64,000 nucleotides of DNA from Raillietiella orientalis (lineage: Eukaryota): contig JAYWIR010000087.1 of the NCBI GenBank assembly GCA_036172245.1, positions 186,001 through 250,000 on the forward strand, read 5' to 3'. Both the position numbers and the translations under genes were made by a program. Under the pieces are notes generated by a model, which saw only the letters and a program-made list of their open reading frames with translations, made no database searches and was not told the origin of the DNA. Shown here piece by piece: positions 24,951 to 37,104 of the stretch; the first letter of the stretch is position 1, and every line of letters starts with the position of its first letter.

Positions 24951-26690
24951 TACTTCTGGGAAGGTGGCAGCTTTTTGCTCGCTTTATCCGGCGAGCAGAC
25001 GGCGAGCAGCACGACTGGCTGGAGGGGACGGTCGCCACCGTCCTCTGTCGTGCTGCATGCATGTAATGCCTCCACGCCAGGCTAAACCGCGTCGGCTTTC
25101 GTGAAGACTTCGCGTTGCTTCGCCGCGAGCGTTGCCTGGCGGCCTACTTTCAATCGGCGCGCACACGCTTTTGAACGAGTTGTCCTCGTCTCGGTGATCG
25201 GAACGGCATCCTTTTCGGAGTCCGACCGGCGCATGTTCGATCGGGTTTCGCCCTTCCGCGAAGTGTGACAGGTTCTGCTGGATTGACAGCTGTCCTGTTG
25301 TCTTTTTCCGTCTCCAGAGCATCGCTTTTGGTGACGGCTGCTTTCTCGGCGCGCGCGTTTTCAGCGTGCTCACGCGCAGTTGCACGAGGGACCTTTGCTG
25401 AAGTCTTTTTTACTTCATTACGGTTCCTGACTTCGCGTGGCGCCGTAAATGGAGATTGTGCTCCATTGCCATCTTTTTAGCCATCCTCGTCTTTGGACGG
25501 GAGCACTTTCGATGTCTCCGACACGCTTGTCATGGACACTGACTTCGGAAGAACCTTTATATTCTTCATTGGCATGGCATCCGCGCCAGTCAAGAGGTTG
25601 CTCTCCGACTGCGACGGCGTGAGATTTTTATCCGGGCGTGCTCAAGAAGGATAGCTATTGCGCCTAGGGGGACTTACCATTGCCCCGGATTTTCCGCACC
25701 CCTTCTTTTGCGGCTCCCCTGCCGCGAGAGAAGGCGCGCAGGGCTTCGCGTGCGAGGTTTCCTGCTGCTTTGGGGCGACATTGCGCCTCGCGTTTTTTCG
25801 GAATTTCTGCCGTGGGGTCTCCAGGTTTTTCGCAGATTTTTTCTTTTTATTTGCGCTTTGTTTTCTAAGATGGAGCGCCACGGCTGCCTGTTGTCGCCAA
25901 AGATCCGGGCAATTTTTCAATTGGTACCCGGATAGTTTGCAATAACGGCATTTTCCAGAGGGGCATTTATCCAAACAATGCCCTTCCTTCCCGCATTGCT
26001 CGCACTTTCTTACTTTGCCAACGAACCACAGGTGAACGACCGTGCCTTCCACCTGTAGTTTGGTGGGCAGCAGACGGCGGTCCTGCATTGTAAGCTGGAC
26101 TCCAGCGACTCCGCTGTGTATGGACAGGAAGTCCTTGAGGTTGCTACGCACCCTCCACAGCGCATGAACCGTGGCGAATTTCGTTAACGCATTCCGAATA
26201 TCAATATCGGAGATTTCCGACTCGATGTCGAAAATCTCCGCCACAAATGAGTCGTCCATGGCGGCCGGGAAGACCTTCTGGCCACGGATCGACAACGGGG
26301 TTAGCAGCAAGCTTTGCACAAGTGCAGCGTCTTTGCAACGCACCTTGAAATAGCCCATGTCTTTTACGGGCATAATGGCGAGAAGGTCCTCCTCCCGCAC
26401 GCAAACACGGGTCAGTTCATCGTTGAACTGATTCCCGTCGCGCGCAGAAAGAAAACCACTCGCCTTATATCGGAGAGCAGGTCTATAGCCTTCGGCTACG
26501 TATGCTCGCAACTCCGACTCTTTGAGTGGTTTTCTTTTGACGGCTGCTGTGGCAGCAACGTCAGCAAAACTCCTCTCCATTGGCGAGAAAGACGAAGTGG
26601 AGGCGGCCGTCGGTTCCGCGATTGCAGATCCGGATGCTGTTCCTCCAACTTCAGTAGCTTCAAGTTGGGTCGACTTAGCCGTCAAAATGT
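24950..26690 (-). pseudogene. ORF1 of C
   Basis: ORF 25642..26817 has GYRPALRYK, CEQCGKEGHCLDKC and CRYCKLSGYQLKNC. Ends PSQK* at the TAATG (24952-24948). The start is approximate. Confidence 0.8.
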
Positions 26691-26755
26691 ACGACGCCAA
26701 AGATGAAGCGGATGAAAGCACGGAGACGAGAGCGAAGAAAAACACGTCCGCACTC

Positions 26756-29075
26756 GATTTAAATCTCCCGCTATCAGGTGAGCCTTCCGTACGTTCGTGT
26801 CCGCCAGCCAGTCGCACTTCAGGGATTTCAGCAGGCTGGTGCGATCGCTGTATCCCTGTTTACCGCTGGGGGCGTACACATTCGTGACGATCAGTTCGAT
26901 CGAGTCGGACCAGCTGAGAGTCAGTTGACCAACCCGACCGTCGTCATCGAAGCGGACGCCCTTCACGGCAGCGTCGATGGCCGGCTTCATGAAGAACGCG
27001 ACCCCGCAGGTGTTGCGGAGGCCGCATCGCCAATACAATCGACCCCCCGCGATTGTCTCGGTCCCCTGGGCGTCTGCCGCGGTGATCACGTGGATCTCCT
27101 GCAGCACGGCCAGGTCGAGCTCACGCAGGGTGTCGGCCGTATCTCGCCTGTTACCATCGTCGCGCAGCCTGTTCACGTTCCAACAGGCGGCGCGATTCCG
27201 ACGGCGACTGGCGAGCCCAGGTGTTATTCCTGGGAAATCGGCTCTACGGAGTCCCCCACCTGTTGCCGCAGGACGCTAGGTGGAGCAGGAGGGACAGGTG
27301 CCTCGAGCAACTGGTCCCCCTGCTCCATCGGTGACGGCGCGTCGGGCAGGTAGTCCTCCGGTGGGGTAGCGCCTACCTGTTGGCATTCCTCCATAAGAGT
27401 GGGCTGTACAGGGTTCGCGTGGGCAAGGAGGACTTCGCCCCCGGCTCATTCTTCTCCTTGAAAGTGGCCTGCTCGACGACTTCCGCGCGTGGGATTTTAC
27501 GGTTCCGGGATTCTCACGCTGCCGTCGGCTTCCTGCTTCTTCTCCTCGCTCGTGGAGGCGAGGCGCCTCCTAGGCTTTTGGGACTTGCGTGGCGTCTTCC
27601 GGGGGGGTGCATTAGACGAGGAGGATGCACTTACGGCCCCCAGGTCGCACTCACCTACGGGGACCTTCTTCGGCGGAGCCGGCCTTCGCGCGGCCTTGCG
27701 TGAGGGGTTCTCACGCTCGGCCAGCGTGGCCGCGAGCTCCTCCGCCGCCTGCGGGAACGCGGCGTCCTCGCTTTCGGCGTGCGCTTCAAGCGGCTCACCC
27801 TCTGTGCAAACAGAGGGTTCGTCGTCGCGAACCTCGGGCGCGGCGGAAACGGCGAGGGAAGGCTCGTCGCCCAGGGTGGCAGTCTCGGGAACTGCTCTGC
27901 GCTCCAGTGCCACCGTACATTCCCGCATGCTCTCAGAGCGCGGCTAAGATTTTTTTGCGTTGTCGGCTGTCTTTTTTACCGCTTTCGCGGGTTTCGCAGG
28001 GGGCACCTTTTTCTCTTTCCTGTCCTTGACCAGCTGCCAGCCGTCTTGGACTCCCGCGTCTTCGGAAGGTTTTTCTCCCGACGCCTGTGTGGGAGGAACG
28101 GGCGCTAGCGGCTGCTGCTGGCCAGTATCTCTTCTTGGTCTTTCGACGTGTTTTCCGCGTTTTGCCTGCGCTTTCTTTGCGGCAGGGGGCAATGGAGTGG
28201 GGCGTTTAGGGCATACGCGGCGCACGTGGCCCTTCTCCCCGCATAAGTGGCACACAATGTTCAGGCACCGCTTGCGCAAGTGCAGTACTGCATTGCAGTA
28301 GCCACAAAAGCGGGGTTTCCTTACGTCCCAGAGGTCTACGACTTCGTCATTGACCTCTAGTTTGTGGGGAAGCCCACTCTCCTTTACCGTCACGCGCGCG
28401 GCGGCCTGCCCTCCGAAAAGGCTATCGTAGCCGTCGAAGATTGTGGCCTTTGGGCATAGCGCGTGAACTTCTCCATATTTTCGCAGTTGATCACCAACCG
28501 CAAACCGTGTCATGCGGCTGGTGATGCCAGTCAGATGGACCACTACGCAGCGGTCAATCGTCACTGGCAGGATCTTGCGTCCGTCAACGTTCACCGGGGT
28601 GGTAATCAAGCTTTGCGCCAAGGTGATGTCCTTGCAGACAACCTCGACGCGCTGACCCCCGCTGAGCACAGATAGACCGTCAAGATCGTTTTTTTATACG
28701 TTTGCGTTCTGCAGCGCCCTCGAAAAAGCGCGTGCAATTCGCCCGTCAACAAGATTGCCTACCTGGTACACCAAGCTGGGCTTGTACCCAGCTGCCAGGT
28801 AGGCCGCCATCTCTGCCATGGTTTCCGCGCTCGGCGCGACCACCATGGAGCTCCAGCTCCTCACCTTGGGCGGCGAGGGCGATTCTAGGGCGGTCGCCCC
28901 TGATTCTGTAGGCGGAGGTGGTGGGAAAGCCTCCCTCACACCTACCTCCATCGTGGTTTCCTCAGGCATCGCTGCCATCGGACACCAACGATGCTCCACA
29001 CGAACACACACAAAGAAAAAACCGCTTCCTGTCGACTCGCTCAGAAGCTCAGGAAAAACACGTCCTCTCGCCAAA
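26756..29075 (-). mobile_element. Copy B (5' part): 5' UTR, ORF1 (ATG 28978) and start of the endonuclease
   Basis: GGACGTGTTTTT at 29065; MAAMPEET; CGYCNAVLHLRKRC and CHLCGEKGHVRRVC; TAACA at 27226; LQEIH ... AHLIAGD. Confidence 0.88.
29054..29065 (-). promoter_or_regulatory. Conserved 5'-terminal RGACGTG(T)n motif, DPE-like internal promoter candidate (representative copy)
   Basis: Also at 1032(+), 17679(-), 26749(-), 37613(+), 51027(-) and 62677(+), always within about 12 nt of the 5' junction. Function is inferred. Confidence 0.55.
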
Positions 29076-32011
29076 GGAGTCATCGAAGGGGCTCGCAACG
29101 AACGCGCGTATTTGCACGCGCGTCGTCACGAGAGCAACCCCAATGTCCGTCGCCTGGCCGAATACCGCGCCGGAGCCGAGCGACAAGCCTGGCAATCCGG
29201 GTCAGCCAGCATGCTGGATGACCTGGGCCGGGAGCGATCGTAGCCGTCTGCGGTACGGAATCTCGTGCTGTGCTTTAATTACTCCCTTTAAGCCAAAACA
29301 CCACTTGAACAAGGCGCCTCGCGGCGATTATTCATGAGTGCTTCCGTGGCGATAGGGGAGGAAGAGAGAGAAAGCCTCGATGAGTCTTTCACGACCGGTG
29401 AAATTCTCGCTAGTATCAAAAGGCTCAAGGAGCGTAAGGCGCCAGGGGAGGATATCTGGCCCGCTGAGTTCTTTCAGAGTTTCGCGGAAGAGCTGGCCCC
29501 CCAGATGCCCGAGTTGACAAGGCGAATCAGAGAAGAAGGCGATGTTCCCGCCTCGTTTCGGTCAGCCAGGGTGAGGCTCCTCACAAAGGGAGGAGACCTC
29601 AGAAAACTTTGCAACTGGCGTCCGATCACGATTGTTAACACCGAAGCAGGGTTGATTGCCGGGCTGTGGGAGTCGCGATTGGGGCAGGTGTCCAATTCGA
29701 TAATTAGCCTGGAGCAGACTTACGCTGTTCCCGGGCGAAGTATGGAGGAACACCTCTTCTTCGCGAGCACATGGATGCACGCGCAGCAGAGTAAGAAAGA
29801 AGGGAAAGGGAAAATTTGCAACCCTACTTTGGGGCCGCCAGTGGAACAGGGAAGGAAACTTCATGCGGGAAAGGGGGTCCTAGCGATCGCAGTCGACCTC
29901 CATAAGGCATTCCACTGTGTTGACAAGGAACTCCTCTTGGAGCTCTTGGGTCGCATGAGCTTTACACCTTCCCTGATTACCTACCTGCGCTCTTGCTGGC
30001 AAAACGCGATAATCTCGATTACTTTCAGTGGACAAAAGGTGTATGGGGTGCCAATGCGGCGGGGCATAAGACATGGCGACAGGTTTAGCCCCCTGCTTTT
30101 TAGCACCTACGCTGAGTTGGTGCTGAGAGCGTACAGGGTGACTTTGGCATCGTTGACGAGCTCGTGCCCTGGCAAGGAAGCCGTAGCGGCGTATGTTGAC
30201 GATCTTCTACTCCTCTTACCTATGTCCATCCCGGCGAAGGCGGTCGGAGATTTCCTCGACCTGCTTAGCCGTGGGGCCGGATTACAGGTTAACAGGGAGA
30301 AGTCGTCAGTGTTGCCAGTTGGAGCGACGTGGGCACGGCAGTAGGACTGGGTCCGTCTGGGGATCCCTACGGCGAGGTGCAACAAGTACCTCGATGTGCC
30401 GTTGGGGGACTACTCCCCTGCGGAAGCGTGGTCCAGCTGCCTCCAAAAAGTCGAAACGGCGATGGGCCCTTTCCTGGAATGTAAGTTTCACTTGCTGGAA
30501 CGGGCCGCGGTTATGATCGCCTTCGCGGCCCCCATCCTCCGTCCCTTGCTTTCTGTTTGCCTCGCCCCCGTGGAATCCAAAATGCGGACGGAGGACCTCC
30601 TCCGCATAGCTCTTTGGGGCAAGGGGAGGCCCCGAGTCCCTTTGAACGACCTTTGCGCTCCTCGTGCGGACGGCAGACTTAGCCTTCTGACGATGGAGCG
30701 CGTGGAAATCCAGCTGCGATGGCGGACCCTCGCCATCGCAGCGTAGATGTGGAGCACCGCTTGGTGCATTCCAGCGCGCCTCCTGGCCAGGCGTTTGTCC
30801 CGTTGCGAAGGACTTGCATCGTATCTTCTGTGCCCTGGCCGGAAGATTCGAAGATGCGGTCTACTGTTCGGCCGCATGGCATTTCTGGCAAAGGAGAACG
30901 ACTGGATGGTTTGTGGCTCTGCCAACTCCTCTTCTTGGCTAGAAGAGAGTGCCGGCACCGGGGCCAAGCAGAACCAGAGGTGCGAAGACCGGATGAACTG
31001 CCTGCGAGTCGGCTTTTACGCCCGCCGAACACCGTGAAATTCTTGAATTTCCACCGAGTTCACATGGGCGGAAGGCACATCCCTTGTTACGGCGATGCCC
31101 TTCCTCCAAAGAGCAATTCACGAAAGCCGGAAGCCAAGGTGGCAAGTCTGGTGCCTTATCGCTGGCAGAGAGAAGATGATGAGCCGCTGGACCATAAGAG
31201 AGTTGAGAGATGCAACGAGCCCTAGTCTCGAGCTGCGTGGATTAAGATGGGGCGAGCTGCTCGGCATTCGATTGGATGACCTGAAGTGGCCCCCGGTTCT
31301 ACTTGGATCCAGGATTCTTCCCCTGAAGTGGCAAGAATCGGCGCTTCTGTGGCTGCATTGGGGTCTACCCTGCAACGCGCGCCGCTTCCACTGGACGCGG
31401 GGAAGAGTAAATCCTGCGTGTGCTAGGTGTGGGGAGCGGGAGTCGCTCCCCCACCTCTTAGTTGAATGCCCTGCCATCCGGATTCTTTGGGAACGTCTTC
31501 AAACGGCACTTGGGATACCGGATGCTGGCAATGGTGGATGTATCTTCAGTCTTGTCTTCGTGCGGGACGCCCTCAGTCCAGCTGCAGCCCTGGCAGCACT
31601 TTGCTGCATTAGTGGTATAGTGGCGGCCTGGAGTGATGCCGAAGATGACGACTGCATCGTGAGGGATGTCATCGAGTATGCTTCTCGCTTCCTGCAGAGA
31701 GCTACCCGGTGGAACCATCTAGGAAGGATGAAAAAGGAACTAGAAAGCATCCTTCTAAGGATGGGCCCTCCCAGCAGTTTTCTGTGATCCCTTCCCGCCC
31801 CTCCAAACTTATTTTGTTTTTTTTTTTTCTCTTCTATTTCATTTTTGTTTTCTACCTTATCCCCCACCACTGCCAAGGAGAGCCACACAAGGCAGCGTCT
31901 TGGTGACCCGGCAGTTCCGGTATTGCGTGGCTGTCAGTGGAGCCTTGTACCACGTTCTGTATTGACTGTTTAAATGTTTTTAGTAAATGTCCCGGCGTAT
32001 CCAAGTGGCAT
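29076..32011 (+). mobile_element. Copy F (3' part): linker, RT, CCHC finger, 3' UTR; the terminus abuts the GFG site of G
   Basis: Resumes 'EGARNERAYL' after B. ORF 29334..30344 (NWRP, VDLHKAFHC, YVDD); ORF 31095..31787 (CARCGERESLPHLLVEC). Terminus at 31982-32011. Confidence 0.88.
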
Positions 32012-33391
32012 CCCCGAAACCTCGAGGGAGACAGTTCACGGGAAACTGGTCGCAGAACTCGCGGACTGAGCTCTTCAAGTCGTCGCAGTCCGCTAGCGAC
32101 TGCAGATGAAAGCCTTGCCGGAACGGAAAATGATGTTGCGCTGCTCCTGGAAGGCGCAGCCAGTCCCCTGGCAAACGCCACGCTGTGGAGGGTGGACCTC
32201 TAACGCGCGGGTGTATTTCTATCACAAGCCGGGGATGGTCGGAAAGTTCGGATGGCACTGCCCCTCGATTTTCCACCCGCGAACACAGGTTGTTGTCGAG
32301 GAACATGTGGTCGATCCTCGTCTCCGTCCCGGCGTCACCGGCTAACAAGTTGCGCGCGTGCATGGCAGCGCACATCTCGTTGACCAGCTGTGCGCGAATG
32401 TCGGGCGCACCTACCAGCAGGCGGACGTTAAAGTCCCCGGCAATGAGGTGCGCCTTTCGCATGTCTGCTTCGGCCAGCCAATTTCGCCGCAGGCCTTCGA
32501 AGAACGCAGTGCGTCCCTCGCGCCTGTGGCTCGTGCCGAGCACGTACACGTTGGGCACAACGAGGTCGATCGCGTCGGACCACTTGGCAACAAGCTGCCC
32601 GATTTTACCTTCCCCGTCGGAGTGCACGTCGCGCAGCGCATTAACGACAGCTGGCGTCAGCATGAAAGCCACACCGCGGGTGCTGTCTCTTTTGTTCTCG
32701 TATAGGAGCCGCCCGCCTTCGATCTGTTCGATTTCCTGGGCCTCCTCTGCGTGGAGCACGTGCGTCTCCTGCAGAAGCTCCAGGTCGAAGTCCCGCAGGC
32801 TTGCAGCCACTTCTCTCCTCTTGCCGTCGTCGCGCAACCCGTTGACGTTCCAACACATTATGCGCAGTCGCCGGTAGGAGGAGTGTCCACGCGTTGTTGT
32901 GTTTATGGTGTTTGCTTACCGTCATCCGCCTGCTGTACAGCAGGCGGGACTTCTGTGTGCATTGCGACGGGCTGTTCCTAGCAAGAAGGTGGTCCGTGGG
33001 TGGTTGTGGTGGTGGTTGCAGGATCCTGCTCGGCCTGGGACTCCTCCGGCCACGAGTCGCGAGACCTCGCGGACATCGCCTCCCCGTCGTCGTAATCCGA
33101 CCGCATTTCCTCCTCCGCCGGTGAAGGTGCGGAGCGCCACGGGTTGCCTACCTTGCGGCACGCTTTGCGCTTCGGGAGAGCGACAGCCGGAGCGTTGCCG
33201 GATTCGGCTTCGGACTCGGAAGTTTCCGGTCCTTTCGCCTAAGCCGGACGCCTCAAGGCCTTCTTCTCGGCCTTGGGAGGCTGCTGGAGCATGGCTGTCA
33301 ACTCTTCCGCCGCGTTATTGACATCCCGGTCGTCGCTGCTCACGCTGGACTCGCGACTTTGTCGCGGCGTCGCCATTCGCGCGGCGGCGGG
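32012..33391 (-). mobile_element. Copy G, delta family: ORF1 C-terminus and endonuclease, interrupted at LPRGFG by F
   Basis: ORF 31980..32858: CWNVNG, LQETH, AGDFN, RIDH, LSDH ... CLPRGFGD. Confidence 0.85.
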
Positions 33392-35130
33392 TTGTTCACA
33401 CCCGGATGTGCCGGGGCATTTATTTCTTAGAAATAAAATTACAGAAAAATGTCGCGTGGCGAACCCGAAGGTTCACCACTCCAAAAGAGCTTCCTGGTTA
33501 CCGGCTCCGTGCCGGAGAGGTCCTTCCGATGCGCGGGGATGGAAAATAAAGAAAAACAAAAAGAAACAAAAAGTTCAAATGTGGGGGGGAACAAATGTTG
33601 TAGGGGTGGGAGGGCGGGGAAGGGATCACGATGCGCGTGAAGAGGTCCTCTAAATCCTATTCAGGATCCGCACAAGCTGAGTCCTTTCAGCGCCCAAGTG
33701 GCGCCACTTGCAGACACTGCGCGCGAAAAGGCGAGTCCAGTGTAAGGCGTTGCCGGTTGGCTGACGCCTTCTTCTGGTGGCGTTCCAAGCCGCCACTATT
33801 CCTCTGATGCAGCAGAGGACTGCTACACTAGCGGGCGGGGACAAGACGTCACTACAGAAGAGGCGCCTGAAAACGTCCTTTGGGCCGCATCCGAGCAAGT
33901 CCAGGATCGCCGCGAGACGATCCCACAAAGGGCGGAGGGCGCTACACTCACGGAGAAGGTGAAGGAATGTTTCTTTTTCCCCACACCGGTCACAATTGGG
34001 ATCCACAGCCCCCCGGGTGGTGTGGTGCAGGCGTGCTTTGAATGGTAATCCTCAGAGTACGACAAGCAACGCCACATCCTGCCATTTCAGGGGGAAGGAT
34101 GCACTGTTCCAGGACGCTGGGGGCCACTACATCTTCTCCGGAGATAGTCTGAGAAGCTCGCCCCAGCGTCGAATTCCGTTGGGCGGTACACTCGGCGTCG
34201 CAGCGTCAGCTAGCTGCCGAGATGTCCACGCCTTTATCGATTGTGTTCTGCCGCCTATAGTGCAGGACACGGTCCATTTCCCCTGCTCGCTACTGTCCCT
34301 GGCATTCACAAGGAAGGGCAGCACTGGGGCGAGGAGGGTTATCAAGGCCCACAGAAGCTTGTCGTGGGACTGCACGATCTCCTGCAGCGTCCAGCGGGCG
34401 TGCCTTTTCATACAAGTGATCCTTGTGCCCGCCGGAACGTGGATCTTTTCCCAGGTGGAGACTGACTCGTGCAGCCAGGCGAAGTAGTTCCCTGGGAGGC
34501 AGGAGATCCAGGCGTTCTCCCGAAATGCAACAAAGATGCGTCGCAGCATAGAGCCACAGTATGGTCTTCTTCAGACGCGCGCAGACAGAAACGACAAAAG
34601 TCCGCCGATTCCGCAGGCTCGTTGGGCCAGGAGGCGTGCTGGAACGCACCAAGGCGTGTCCCACAATTCTGCCGCAAGGGCAAGAGTCCTGAATCGAAGT
34701 TGTAGTTCCATGCGCTCCAGCGTAAGTACGCCAAGTCCACCGTCCTTACGTGGAGCGCACAAGTCTTTGAGCCTCACACGGGACCTCCCTTTGCTCCAAA
34801 GGACTGTCCTCAGGAGGCCCGCTAATCGTTTCCGAATAAAATAAGGGGCAAGGCAAACAAAAAGTAGGGGGCGAAGGAGGGGAGCCGCAAACGCGTTCCA
34901 CACCGCGGCCCGTTCCTGCAAGTAGAACTTGCCTTCTTGGAACGGACCGATCGCCAACGCTGCCTTTCGGAGACGGTCGGACCATGCTTCTGCTGCGCAG
35001 AAGTCCCCCAACGGAACGCCAAGGTACTTGAAGCACCTGCCCGTGGGGATCCTTAAGCGGATCCAGTCCGACCGACCAGCCCACGCCGTACCGACAAAGA
35101 CCATAGACGACTTCGCTCCGTTCACCTCCA
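33392..35130 (-). mobile_element. Copy H (3' part), delta family: thumb, CCHC finger, structured 3' UTR and terminus
   Basis: FKYLGVP in ORF 34571..35131; CDRCGEKETFLHLLREC; terminus AATAAA-TGC-CCCGG-CACAT-CCGGG-TGTG. Closely matches N. Confidence 0.87.
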
Positions 35131-35858
35131 TGACCTGAAATGGCCCCCGGTTCTACTTGCATAGAGGATTCTTTCCCTGAAGTGGCAAGAATCCGCGCTG
35201 CTGTGGCTGCATTGGGGTCTACCTTGCAACGCGCCCCGCTTTCACTGGACGCGGGGAACAGTAAACCCTTCGTGTGCCAGGTGTGGGAAGCAGGAGTCGC
35301 TCTCCCACCTCTTAGTTGAATGCCCTGCCGTCCGAATTGTTTGGTATCGTTTCAAAAGGGCCCTTGGGATACCGGATGGTGGCAAGGTTGGATGTGTCTA
35401 CAGTCTTGTCTTCGTGCGAGACCTCCTATGACCAGCAACATCCCTGGCAGCACTTTGCTGCATTCGTGGTATCGGCGCGGCCTGGAGTGAAGCCGAAGTT
35501 GAAGTCTGCATCGTAAGGGACGTCATCGAGTATGCTTCTCGCTTCCTGCAGAGAGCTACCCGATGGCTCCATTTAGTAAAACTGAAAATGGAACTAGAAG
35601 CATCCTGCAAAGGATGGGCCTTCCCAGCAGTTTTCTGTGATCCCTTCCCAACCCTCCAAACTTTTTTTTGTGGTTTGTTTTTCTCTTTTATTTTATCTTT
35701 GTTCTCTCTTTCATACTTCTCCACTGCCGAGGAGAGGCACACCGTATCGGTGTCCAGGCAGTTCCGGTATCGCGTATCCGTCAGTGGAGCCTTGTACCAC
35801 GTTCTGTATTGACTGTTGAAATGTTTTTAATAAACAACCCCGCGTATCCGGGTGGCAT
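35131..35858 (+). mobile_element. Copy I, alpha family: 3' fragment inserted antisense at the GFG site of H
   Basis: Near copy of F 31277-32011. Terminus AATAAA ... CCGGGTGGCAT at 35829-35858, followed by cgccgaaacc. Confidence 0.85.
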
Positions 35859-37104
35859 CGCCGAAACCTGGAGTAAGTTGATGGAAGGGAAACTGGTCAC
35901 AGAACTCTAGGACTGAGCGTTTTATTTTGTCCCAGACAGCGACAGTCTGTAGTTCGCAACTACGCCGGAATGCGCGCAGATGTTCGCGCGCTCCTGCGAG
36001 TCTCAACCAGTCCCCCGGTGCGCACCACTCTTCGGAGGGTGGTCTTCTGTCGCGCGGATGAATGCTGATCACTAGACGAGGGTGATCGGACAGCTCCGAC
36101 GCAATTGCTCCTCGAGTCCCCACCCGCGTACACAAGTGATTATCTAGGAACACGTGGTCGATTCTGCTTCTCACGCCGGCTTCATCGGCCAACAAGTTCC
36201 GTGTGTGCATAGCCGCACACAACTGGTTGACCAATTGTGCTCTAATGTCGGGCGCTTCCGACAGCAGGCGGGCGTTGAAGTCTCCCTCTTTCAGATGCGC
36301 CCGGCGCACGCCTGCTTCGGACTGCCAGTCTGGCCGCTGGGCTTTGGAGAACGCAGTGCGTTCTGAGCGCCTTTGGCTGGTGCAGGGCGCGTACAGGTTC
36401 GTCACTACGAGGTCGATCGATTCGGACCACTTCAGGACACGCTGTCCGAACCGACCTAGCTCGTCTATCAGTGCACCGGCTTCAGCAGGAAGGCCACTAC
36501 GCGGGAGTGGTCTCCTCCACCACGCCAAAGTAGCCTCCCCCCTGTGAGCGTCTCGATTTCCTGAACGTCCTCTGCTATGAGGGCATGCACCTCTTGGAGA
36601 AGTGCCAGGTCGAAAGGTCGCAGGGTATCGGACACGCTACGCCTCTTGCTTTCGCTACGCAGCCCGTTTACATTCCAACGGGCTATACGCAGCTACCGGC
36701 AAGAGGCGATTCCACGCATCATACTTATGATGGTGGTGGCGAGTGTATTGCCGACTCCTGTTCGGGAGGCGGCTGGTCGTTGTCTATCTGTGCTGGTGGC
36801 GTTCCGGCAACAACCGGAACGTCAGCAGCCGGAATGAGGTCGATAGGAAGGTCCGACGGGATGCTATCCACGGAGGGATCCCGCAACCTCGCGGACATCG
36901 CCTCCTCGCTATCCGATCGCATCTCCTCCTCAGCCTGAGAGGGAGGTACGCGCATAGGGTTGCGCGACTTCCGGCCCGCCTTCCTCTTCGAAAGGGCGAC
37001 GGTGGGAGGGTTTCCGGCTTCCGCTTCTGAACTGGAAGTTTTGGGGCCCTTAACTTCCGCAGGACGACTGACGGCCTTCTTTGCAGCCTTAGGCGGCTGC
37101 ATTA
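35859..37104 (-). mobile_element. Copy H (5' part, assignment inferred): ORF1 C-terminus and endonuclease
   Basis: WNVNG, LQEVH, NLYAP, GDFN, RIDH, LSDH ... HQLTPGFGD; ORF1 tail in ORF 36725..37102. Confidence 0.75.

Larger units (their letters stand above)
21046..26755 (-). mobile_element. Copy C, beta family: full length (about 5.7 kb), inserted in sense orientation into the endonuclease GDF motif of B
   Basis: B's 'gagactgaaat|ctcccgctatc' (intact in A at 15250-15270) is split here. Degenerate TSD gactgaaat (21037-21045) / gatttaaat (26756-26764). 5' GGACGTGTTTTT and 3' hairpin are present. Confidence 0.9.

Noticed and set aside
31277..35870. F/G and I/H junctions as one segmental duplication
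   Set aside because: Host endonucleases G and H differ substantially in protein sequence while F and I are close, which favours independent insertions. A formal alignment was not run.
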